The notes: generated from the letters alone by a model not told the origin. DNA of 20,179 nt from Octopus sinensis (GCF_006345805.1 NW_021824180.1:1-20179); one strand, 5' to 3'. Counted from the first letter of the stretch, positions 10,446 to 19,363 are shown. Made by a program: numbers and translations.

Positions 10446-10532
10446 TATTAGAGACAAAACCACTATTTTGCAAAACAAACAAGGAAAGACTTAATCAAAA
10501 CATAAAATTTTAATAAATAGTCAAAAAAACCG

Positions 10533-10575
10533 CCACTACAATCGTTTCTTGTCTTGATCGACAATCTTCAGGTGG
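10533..10575 (-). ncRNA. Minimal type I hammerhead ribozyme motif (minus strand, copy 1)
   Basis: Exact reverse-complement mirror of 10623-10665. Predicted cleavage between 10537 and 10536. Confidence 0.75.
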
Positions 10576-10622
10576 ACTTCCAATAAGTCAGTTTCATAAT
10601 TTGAAACTGACTTATTGGAAGT

Positions 10623-10665
10623 CCACCTGAAGATTGTCGATCAAGACAAGAAACGATTGTAGTGG
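10623..10665 (+). ncRNA. Minimal type I hammerhead ribozyme motif (plus strand, copy 1)
   Basis: Stem I CCAC(10623-26)/GTGG(10662-65); core CTGAAGA(10627-33); stem II TTGTC/GACAA with loop GATCAA; GAA(10650-52); stem III AC/GT with loop GATT; triplet GUA. Predicted cleavage after 10661. Confidence 0.78.
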
Positions 10666-10988
10666 CGGTTTTTTTGACTATTTATTAAAATTTTATGTTT
10701 TGATTAAGTCTTTCCTTGTTTGTTTTGCAAAATAGTGGTTTGTCTCTAATAATATTTTATAATATTTTACTATAAAATTGGATTTAATACTAAATCTGAT
10801 TTTTTTCCCTGTAAATTTGGATTTATTCCCTAATATTTATTATTTATATATATATATATATAATATATATATATATATATTATATATATATATATAAAAT
10901 ATTATTAGAGACAAAACCACTATTTTGCAAAACAAACAAGGAAAGACTTAATCAAAACATAAAATTTTAATAAATAGTCAAAAAACCG

Positions 10989-11031
10989 CCACTACAATCG
11001 TTTCTTGTCTTGATCGACAATCTTCAGGTGG
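10989..11031 (-). ncRNA. Minimal type I hammerhead ribozyme motif (minus strand, copy 2)
   Basis: Mirror of 11079-11121. Predicted cleavage between 10993 and 10992. Confidence 0.75.
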
Positions 11032-11078
11032 ACTTCCAATAAGTCAGTTTCATAATTTGAAACTGACTTATTGGAAGT

Positions 11079-11121
11079 CCACCTGAAGATTGTCGATCAA
11101 GACAAGAAACGATTGTAGTGG
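11079..11121 (+). ncRNA. Minimal type I hammerhead ribozyme motif (plus strand, copy 2)
   Basis: Identical to 10623-10665. Predicted cleavage after 11117. Confidence 0.78.
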
Positions 11122-11300
11122 CGGTTTTTTTGACTATTTATTAAAATTTTATGTTTTGATTAAGTCTTTCCTTGTTTGTTTTGCAAAATAGTGGTTTGTC
11201 TCTAATAATATTTTATAATATTTTACTATAAAATTGGATTTAATACTAAATCTGATTTTTTTCCCTGTAAATTTGGATTTATTCCCTAATATTTATTATT

Positions 11301-11341
<41 letters not shown>

Positions 11342-11413
11342 TATATACATATGTATACATTTCTGTAGTATATCCTCTTTGTCCCTCACCTCCACTCTCT
11401 CTTTATATGTATA

Positions 11414-11468
<55 letters not shown>
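11342..11468 (+). repeat. Duplicate of 5744-5815 followed by (TATC)n
   Basis: TATATACATATGTATACATTTCTGTAG...CCTCCACTCTCTCTTTATATGTATA has 2 substitutions and 1 indel versus 5744-5815. TATC run at 11414-11468. Confidence 0.9.
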
Positions 11469-11469
11469 A

Positions 11470-11688
11470 TCTCTGTGTTTAGCCTCTTGTAGGTAGTAAA
11501 GGAATAGGTATTTCATCTGTCTTTACGTTCTGAGTTCAAATTCCGCTAAGGTTGACTTTGTTTCCATCCTTTCGGGGTCGATAATTTAAGTACCAGTTGC
11601 GTACTGAGGTCGATCTAATCGACAGGTCTCTCCTAAAAACTTCCGTGCATTGTGCCTAGTGTAGAAAAAAATAGCCGCTGATACTGGA
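11470..11688 (+). repeat. Genomic duplicate of 10198-10415 (SINE 3' part plus its right TSD and flank)
   Basis: About 11 substitutions and 1 indel in 218 bp. Shares private SINE variants and the non-SINE flank AATAGCCGCTGATACTGGA. Confidence 0.88.
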
Positions 11689-12000
11689 ATTTGTCTACTT
11701 TCGTGCCTCGTTGCTAAGGAACACTTCACTTCGCGTCACTCATGTTGTGTCGAGCCCCAGCGCATCTGCAATAACTAAACCACGTCCTTCTTCCCAACAG
11801 ATTCTTCTGAAACTCGCTCTGTGCATCAAATAGGGGATTCCTAGTTGATGCGTTGGAACAGTATCAATTCTAACGGGTTTGGGGAACCTACATATGTTAT
11901 GTCCACTGACCCTTCATCCGAACAAATCCCAATGAAATATAAAATGTGGGGTGGGTTGAGAAAATATAGCTATATATATACAAAACTCATTGATTCACTC

Positions 12001-12200
12001 TTTTATTCTTTTATTTGTTTCAGACATTTGATTGCGGCCATGCTGGAGCATCGCCTTTAGTAGAACAAATCAATCAGGACTTATACTTTGTAAGCCTAGT
12101 ACTTATTCTATCGGTCTATTGTGCCGAATCGCTAAGTTACGGGTTCATAAACACGTCAACATCTATTGTCAAGCAACGGTGGGCGGACAAACACAAACAC
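12001..12200 (-). mobile_element. SINE S2 3'-tail fragment
   Basis: TTTCAGACATTTGATTGCGGCCATGCTGGAGCATCGCC...TACTTATTCTATCGGTCT...GTCAAGCAA...GGACAAACAC matches 2600-2785. Confidence 0.85.
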
Positions 12201-12684
12201 ATATGGTTTGAATGTACACTGTATTCTTCTCTGAATAATGCATAGACTATTGACTAAATTTTTCCTTCTCGCTAGACCACTGGTAACAAAGAAATTTTCT
12301 ATAAATATTTTTGATACCCTAAATTTTTTTAATTATGATAAAATAATTTTGGTAAAAGAGAAAAAAGTTAAACAGTGCAAAATTCATAGAATTTTTTCCT
12401 AATAAATTGTCTGTTATTCATATTTGAGGAGAAAATAATTTGGGCGTTATACCTGCTGAACCATGAAGGGATGTGACGATTGGCATCATCAAAGCTTGCT
12501 GTAAAATATCATGGGAGTCAGAATGTAGGATGGTATTAGTGGCAGCTCGAAACCGTTTCATAGAAAGACATATCAGATTTTGGACCAATCACACCGATGA
12601 TAGTTTCTGACATGCGCTTTAAAACTCCTCCCCAGCTGACTAGTGTTTTTATCGTACGACGAGACAGCTCAGATTAGTTAAGGT

Positions 12685-12990
12685 CAGTTGTTTCCCAAAC
12701 ATTTTTGGGCTGCCGTTCCCTTCATGCCCAGGCCACATTCCTCGCGCCCACATCCCAACAAACCATCAAAGACGTTGACCACTTTCTGAAGCATATTTAA
12801 AGCAACTGTATTTCACAAATAAAACCTAACCTATTGAACACATTTTCACATGAATCACTACTCCATTATCACCCCCACATTTTTACACGAATCGCTACCC
12901 CATTATCGTCTCACTTTTCTTCAACGGCCCCTTGGAATTCTCCCCCACCTCCGCAAAGGGGGCAGTACCACCTACTTTGGGTCCAACAAC
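12685..12990. mobile_element. Possible old hAT-type MITE
   Basis: Left end CAGTTGTTTCCCAAAC resembles hAT/Charlie-type TIRs. Right end CTTTGGGTCCAACAAC is a degenerate complement, with a subterminal GCTGCC/GGCAGT pair and an internal ~37-bp duplicate (GAATCACTACTCCATTATC / GAATCGCTACCCCATTATC). Confidence 0.4.
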
Positions 12991-13911
12991 AATGAAATCA
13001 ACACTTTGTTATTCCGCTAAAAGTTATATCATTCTGTGTTAAACGCGTGCTGGGATAAGACAGAATCAATTTTAGACGCGAATATATTTGTATAAATACA
13101 TTTTCAGAGGCAATCTTGGAACGAAACCGCAACACGTATTTATCCATACACGCAGAGAACTTAATTTATATTTTGTACTTTTCTTTTTATTAAAATCTTG
13201 TATACTATAAATGGTTTTCTCTGATGCTAATTTTCCTTTGCTTCACTGGCAACCGCATCTGTATATTTGTAATAGACTACTTTACAAACTATAGCTGGGA
13301 AATATATCTTTTCAGGGGATACAAATAAATATTTTGTTTACTTAGCCGTTTATATAAATAATTTTTATATCTTTTATAAACCTTCTCTGTTCTTCGGTGA
13401 TTTCACTTGGCAATTTTATGGCAAATACATTCTGTAAAATTCCGGAATGTTATTATATGAATAACATATCCAACTGCTCCGATTTTTAACACCAAATTAC
13501 ATCTACATTTATATCTTCCACCAATTCACTATTCATTCTTTTGCAGTTACTGCTTACATTACTTGTCTTCCATGTGGCTGCACGATGATGCCCCTTGCAT
13601 GAGGTCTTTTAAAGAAACATCAGCTTTCAAGGAATATTTGCTTGGAAGACTAGAGCATTTCTCCTCTCAATAATTTTACAGCAACCTACTGAGAGATATA
13701 AGATTCTCAATGAGATGCTCTGTCAGTTTGAAACTACTTGCTTCTGTTAACAACGGGTTTACTTCTATGGTTACAATATTCAAATGATGCTGAAATATAT
13801 ACATTCCATAAAATGATATAGGCGATACAATGATATCAATCTATACAACTAGATAAGACGCGTGTAGTACGCTTATAATTCATAGAACCCAATACACAGA
13901 GATAGAATCAG

Positions 13912-14042
13912 ACACACACACACACACACACACACACACCACACCACACACACACATATATAATATATATATTATACATACACACAAACACACAGATTCG
14001 CACACACATATATATAGATGTGTGTGTATTTTTAACTATCTC

Positions 14043-14097
<55 letters not shown>

Positions 14098-14180
14098 GTA
14101 TATATATTATTATATATATATTATATATATGTGTGTGTGTGTGGTGTGTGTGTGTGTGTGTTGTGTGTGCGTGCGTGTGT
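13912..14180. repeat. Compound (CA)n-(TA)n-(TG)n microsatellite block
   Basis: Direct reading. Confidence 0.95.
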
Positions 14181-14324
14181 ATAGTCACAAGCATAGAATT
14201 ATAACTTATGGGTGGAGTAAGACGCCAAACAACCTCAGCAAACACAGAAAAGAACTTTTCGAAGTAACATGAGGCGCAGCTTTGATTTTAATTGGTGGCG
14301 AACAACATGTGACAATGTGTGCGT

Positions 14325-14363
14325 TTGTGCTTGTGTGACTGTGTGTGCGTATGTGTGTATATA

Positions 14364-14399
<36 letters not shown>

Positions 14400-14427
14400 T
14401 AGATTTATATATATGTATATATATATA
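14325..14427. repeat. (TG)/(TA)n microsatellite
   Basis: Direct reading. Confidence 0.9.
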
Positions 14428-14429
14428 CT

Positions 14430-14659
14430 TATTTCTTTATTACCCACAAGGGGCTAAACACAGAGGGGACAAACAAGGACAGACATGGGTAGTAAGTCGA
14501 TACATCGACCCCAGTGCGTAACTGGTTACTTAATTTATCGACCCCGAAAGGATGAAAGGCAAAGTCGACCTCGACGGAATTTGAACTCACAACGTAACGG
14601 CAGATGAAATACCGCTAGGCATTTGGACCGCGTGTTAACGTTTCTGCCAGGTCACCGTC
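14430..14659 (-). mobile_element. SINE S1 monomer
   Basis: Reverse complement of the head (GACGGTGACCTGGCAGAAACG), B box (GAGTTCAAATTCC), core and tail alpha. Confidence 0.9.
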
Positions 14660-14662
14660 TGT

Positions 14663-14739
14663 GGTATATATGTGTTTATATATATATGTATATATATTAT
14701 AATATTATATATATATATATATATATATCACATATATAT

Positions 14740-14790
<51 letters not shown>
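14663..14790. repeat. Interrupted (TA)n microsatellite
   Basis: Direct reading. Confidence 0.95.
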
Positions 14791-14793
<3 letters not shown>

Positions 14794-14800
14794 TGAAACA

Positions 14801-15168
14801 CATGTGAGGGTGCAATGGCCCACGTGGTTAGGGCAGCGGTACTCGCGGTCGTCGTAGGATCGACGTTTCGATTCTCAATCCGGGTGTGTGAGTGTTTATT
14901 GAACGAAAACACCTAAAGCTTCACGACGCTCCGACAGGGGGTGTATTGAATCATGCTGTAGTCTTTCACTGCAACTTTCTCTCACTCTTTGTTCCTATTT
15001 CTCTGGTACCTGTATTTCGAAGGGCCAGCCTTTTCACACGGTGTGTCACGCTGGATCTCCCAGAGAACTACGTTAAAGGTACACGTTTCTGTGGAGAGAG
15101 TGCTCAGACGCACGTTAATTTCACGAGCAGGCTGTTCCGTTGATCGGATCACCTGGAACCCTCGTAGG
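14801..15168 (+). mobile_element. tRNA-derived SINE, family S3 (head A plus tail 1), diverged
   Basis: Head TGCAATGGCCCACGTGGTTAGGGCAGCGG; homologous to the reverse complement of 17304-17693. 9-bp TSD CATGAAACA at 14792-14800 and 15169-15177. Confidence 0.85.
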
Positions 15169-15177
15169 CATGAAACA

Positions 15178-15372
15178 GTGTGGGGCTGTGGCAAGAAGGT
15201 TGCTTCCAAACCACATGGTTCCGGGTACAGTCCCACTGCGTGGCACCTTGGGCAAGTGTCTTTTACTATATTCTCGGGACGATCCAAGCCTTGTGAGGGA
15301 AACTGAAAGAAGCCCGTTCTATATATATATATATATATATATATGCGCGCGCGTGTGTGTCTGTGTCTGTGT
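15178..15372 (+). mobile_element. SINE S2 5' half ending in its TA/TG microsatellite
   Basis: CCACATGGTTCCGGGTACAGTCCCACTGCGTGGCACCTTGGGCAAGTGTC...GAAACTGAAAGAAGCCCG, then (TA)n. Confidence 0.8.
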
Positions 15373-15751
15373 ATAATCTATGCATTCCTTGTAAAATAAC
15401 TGCGATATTTTGACTCAGACGCAATAATTCTCCTTAGTCTTCCATTTGTGACTTATCATATTTGACTAATTGTTTAAGGATTGGACCAAATTGCAATCAT
15501 TTTATCTCAAAATGTACCTTAGGAGTGGACCTTCACTCCTAAAAACTGCGCACTCAGTTTGGTTCAATTAGTGATGAAGCCTAAAAATTCACAACAGGAA
15601 TAACCGAAATTTGACCTTAAGAAAATATCCACTCACTGCTGTAACACATACATATATATCTATGAATAGATACGATATGTATACACATATACATTTATGA
15701 TATATATATATATGTATATAATTATATTATATATATATATATATATATATT

Positions 15752-16017
15752 GTATCTCGTGTTATCGGCTGTTGTCTCTTTTTCCGTCCTTGTTTTGTAT
15801 ACATTCGAGGCTTTCTTCCAAGGAATCTAATGCGCTTGGCTTAGATTTTCCTTGGGGGCTGGCCAGATCGGAGCAATCTCAAGATTAACAGCCGAAATTA
15901 CGAAGATGATCCGGTTCTTGACTGAAGATTGAAGGCTTCGAATGTCCGCGTCCTTGTTTTTTGTATCGTCCTTTCTAATGTTTCACGTTCTTCTCCCAGT
16001 TTGTACGTTTTACATTT
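15752..16017. repeat. Unclassified structured segment between two (TA)n tracts (probable repeat fragment)
   Basis: Inverted pair 15801-15815 / 15931-15945 (13/15), inner hairpin 15818-15855, direct repeat CGTCCTTGTTTT at 15785 and 15949. TA tracts at 15647-15750 and 16019-16065. Confidence 0.45.
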
Positions 16018-16589
16018 ACTTATATATATATATATATATATATTATTATATATATATATATATATGTAAGGAATATATGTTGTGTCTGTGCGTCTGTATG
16101 TGTGCTTGTGTGTGTATAGGCATAGGGAGAGGATGTGAACAGAGAGAGAACCACACATAAGTAACTATACCTTCTTTTTCTTTTCTCCAAATGTTCTTCT
16201 CATTTTTTTACCTTTCCAATGACAGAAGCAGTTTTGAGTTGCGGCATGACATATGATCCCGGCAATATAGAGAAGAAAATATTGAGGATAGGTAGAAGAA
16301 TTTGAATAATGGTGAAATGATGGGGGGGGGGTGAATAAAATTGACGAGGAGGTGTTGGAGGACGAAATATTAAAAAAAACAATGCTCTAGAAAATACGAA
16401 AATGTAAAAAATGTAGACAGGATGTAGACGACAGCAGGCAGAGTATGACAGAGAAATGATGAAAATTATATGAGCTTAATAATGTAATAAAGTTAAAGAA
16501 ATGGACGTTTTGACAAATAGATTTTTGTCGAATAACGATAACGAAAAAAGTTTGTTCACGTGCGCGTGAGTGCGTATCAATTAATCGGA

Positions 16590-16728
16590 GATGGAAGGGA
16601 GGGACAGAGAGAAAGAGAGAGAAACAGAACCAGATATAGAGTGATAGGGAGAGAGATGAATGGAGAGAGACAGACGGAGAGACAAAGTGAGTGATTGAGT
16701 TGAGGGGCAGAGTGAGTGAAAGAGAGAG
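16590..16728. repeat. Degenerate (GA)n purine-rich tract
   Basis: Direct reading. Confidence 0.85.
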
Positions 16729-17303
16729 TGGTGTTTAGTGAATAACATTGAGGTAATTAGTAAATAACAAAGATGTATCAAACGTGATGACAGGACGGAG
16801 ATACCAATCAGATTCAAATATTCCATTACTGTCTTAATACACCTTTCGACCATTTACTTCAGACAGGTAAGTAATATATGGTCATTAAAATGTCAATTCT
16901 CAGGTCTTCTGATCCAGTTTCCAATATTCCAAGACAACGTTTTGGCAGGAAAATGAATCGTCATATTCGTTGTCGTTGTTACCAATAACTAGACAAATCG
17001 TTGTCTTGTCTCAAGAATCGACTAAATATAAATCGAACAAAAATTAATAAATATGCAAATAAATAAATATATCGACAACCTGATGAACTATCAAAAAAAA
17101 AAAAAAATTCAGCAACAAAAAATATAATTTCCGAAATACATTTACAATTTTGAGGTTTGAAAGTTTTTCACTATTTTGAATGCTGAGCTAATAAAATACG
17201 CCGAAAATATTCATATAAAATTCATTTCTCACTGCTCGGTGCCACATCATTGGTTGTAAGTCTATACAAAGGAACACAGGATTGCATACGTATATAAATA
17301 CAT

Positions 17304-17693
17304 GGATTTGGAAGCACTCCCTCAGTTACGACGACGAGGGTTCCGGTTGATCCGAATCAACGGAACAGCCTGCTCGTGAAATTAACGTGTAAGTGGCTGA
17401 GCACTCCACAGACACGTGTACCCTAACGTAGTTCTCGGGGATATTCAGCGTGACACAGAGAGTGACAAGGCCGGCCCTTTGAAAAACACGTACAAACAGA
17501 AACAGGAAGTAAGAGTGAGAGAAAGTTGTGGTGAAAGAGTACAGCAGGGATCACCACCATCCCCTGCCGGAGCCTCGTGGAGCTTTTAGGTGTTTTCGCT
17601 CAATAAACACTCACAACGCCCGGTCTGGGAATCGAAAGCGCGATCTATGACCGCGAGTCCGCTGCCCTAACCACTGGGCCATTGCGCCTCAAC
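17304..17693 (-). mobile_element. SINE S3 (head A, body, tail 1), full length
   Basis: Minus strand GAGGCGCAATGGCCCAGTGGTTAGGGCAGCGGACTCGCGGTC...TTTCGATTCCC (tRNA-like A/B boxes). 11-bp TSD TATAAATACAT at 17293-17303 and 17694-17704. Confidence 0.92.
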
Positions 17694-17729
17694 TATAAAT
17701 ACATACACACGCACACATACAAGAAGAGC

Positions 17730-17845
17730 TTGCATTTGTGGATAAGAAGTTCGCTTTCCAGGCTTGTGGTTTAGTCTTCTGTTTCACTGCGATGCGCAAT
17801 GGACAAGTGTTTCCTATAGACGTAAAACGTTGTGAGGGAATCTGA
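17730..17845 (+). mobile_element. Highly degenerate SINE S2-like head
   Basis: TCACTGCG...GGACAAGTGTTTCCTATAG...TTGTGAGGGAA resembles 15230-15302. Confidence 0.4.
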
Positions 17846-17922
17846 GGAGGCACAAAATTACATAAAATTACAAACAGATGCAGAGTAGTCTAACTATAGC
17901 GAGGTATAAAAATACATTGACT

Positions 17923-18528
17923 GGCGGTGACCTGGCAGAAACGTTAGCACGCCGGGCGAAACGCTTAGCAGTATTTCATCTGCCGCTACGTTCTGAGTTC
18001 AAATTCCGCCGAGGACGACTTTGCGTTTCATCCTTTCGGGGTCGATTAAATAAATAAGTACCAGTTACGCACTGGTATCGATATAATCGACTTAATCCGT
18101 TTGTCTGTCCTTGTTTGTCTTCCCTGTGTGTAGCCCCTTGTGGGTAGTAAAGAAATAGGTGTTTTTTTTTCTGCCGTTACGTTCTGAGTTCAAATTCCGC
18201 CGAGGTTCACTTTGCCTTTCATCCTTTCGGGATCGATTAAATAAGTACCAGTTACGCACTGGGATCGACATAATTGACTTAATCCGTTTGTCCGTCCTTG
18301 TTTGTCGCCTCTGTGTGTAGCCCCTTGTGGCTAGTAAAGAAACAGGTGTTTTGTCTGCCGCTACGTTCTGAGTTCAAATTCCGCCGAGGTCGACTTTGCC
18401 TTTCATCCTTTCGGGATCGATTAAATAACTACCAGTTACGCACTGGTATCGATATAATCGACTTAATCCGTTTGTCCCTCCTTGTTTGTCTCCTCTGTGT
18501 TTAGTCGCTTGTGGGTAGTAAAGAAATA
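17923..18528 (+). mobile_element. SINE S1 trimer (one head plus three tandem bodies)
   Basis: Units start at ~17970, 18158 and 18345, each with B box, core and tail. Degenerate 19-bp TSD (16/19) at 17904-17922 and 18530-18548. Confidence 0.92.
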
Positions 18529-19035
18529 TGTATGAAAATATGTTGACTGCAAAGTCAGAAGCATGAAGATTATGTCCACAGGCATGGTTGCAGTTGCAAA
18601 GATGCTTCACCTTCCATAATCTTTGAGCCTCCATGTACATACAAGCACACACGCACACAGATATTTGCTCTGTGGAAGATGTTAGTAAGTTATTCAAAAG
18701 CACACAAAACCCGTTAGTTTTGCTTCAATATTGTTGAGGATCAAGAAAAGAGAGGTGAAATAAAGATGGTTGAGTTGCTGACATTAAGCGCAATGAAAGG
18801 TTGTTATAAATATTAAACTGGGGTCAGTTTACTATATCAACAGAAAAAAATACATTGTCGCACCCATGCATAAGCACATACTTAGAATATAATAAGAAAG
18901 ACAATTAAAATGATCACGGATAAGAAAAGATCGAAAGAAGTTGCCTTGTGCCTCGAGTAGAAAAGACAGTAGTATGCGAGTATACATTTGAACACATACA
19001 CACATATAAGTATGTACGCGTGTATGCATGAATAT

Positions 19036-19363
19036 CTGGAGCACTCCGTCAGTTACGACGACGAGGGTCCCCGCTGATATGATCAACGGAATAGCCTGCT
19101 CGTGAAATTAACGTGCAAGTGGCTGAGCAATCCACAGACACGTGTACCCGAAACGTAGTTCTCGGGGAGATTCAGCGTGACACAAAGTGTGACAAGGCCG
19201 GCCCTTTGAAATGCAGGTACTACTCAATTTTTGCCGGCTGAGTGGACTGGAGCAACGTGAAATAAAGTGTCTTGCTTAAGGACACAACGCGTCGCTGGGA
19301 ATTGAACTCACGACCTTACAATCTTGAGCCGAATGCCCTAACCACTAAGCCACGCGCCTTCAC
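19036..19363 (-). mobile_element. SINE S4 (head B plus tail 1)
   Basis: Minus head GAAGGCGCGTGGCTTAGTGGTTAGGG...GAGTTCAATTCCC and core GTCCTTAAGCAAGACAC. The 3' ~175 bp is shared with 17309-17484. 13-bp TSD TATGCATGAATAT at 19023-19035 and 19364-19376. Confidence 0.92.

Larger units (their letters stand above)
10436..10845. mobile_element. Palindromic hammerhead-bearing element, copy 1 (putative Penelope-like pLTR inverted pair / retrozyme-like unit)
   Basis: Inverted repeat 10436-10596 / 10602-10761 (one 1-nt indel, 5-nt loop TAATT) plus an ~85-bp tail. (TA)n on both sides. The Penelope assignment is inferred from the hammerhead type. Confidence 0.75.
10893..11301. mobile_element. Palindromic hammerhead-bearing element, copy 2 (tandem)
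   Basis: Arms 10893-11052 / 11058-11217 with loop TAATT. Differs from copy 1 only by one A in a homopolymer, by manual comparison. Confidence 0.75.

Noticed and set aside
10438-10513. Frame KILLETKPLFCKTNKERLNQNIKF as a GIY-YIG C-terminus
   Set aside because: It is antisense to the hammerhead orientation, only 24 codons long, and lacks diagnostic residues.
10436-11301. CRISPR array or bacterial-type terminator interpretation of the repeats and hairpins
   Set aside because: No short repeat-spacer periodicity, no cas genes, and the context is eukaryotic. The repeats are long palindromes and SINE bodies.
17082-17106. CTGATGA motif as a hammerhead core
   Set aside because: No stem II or GAAA follows, only a poly-A run.
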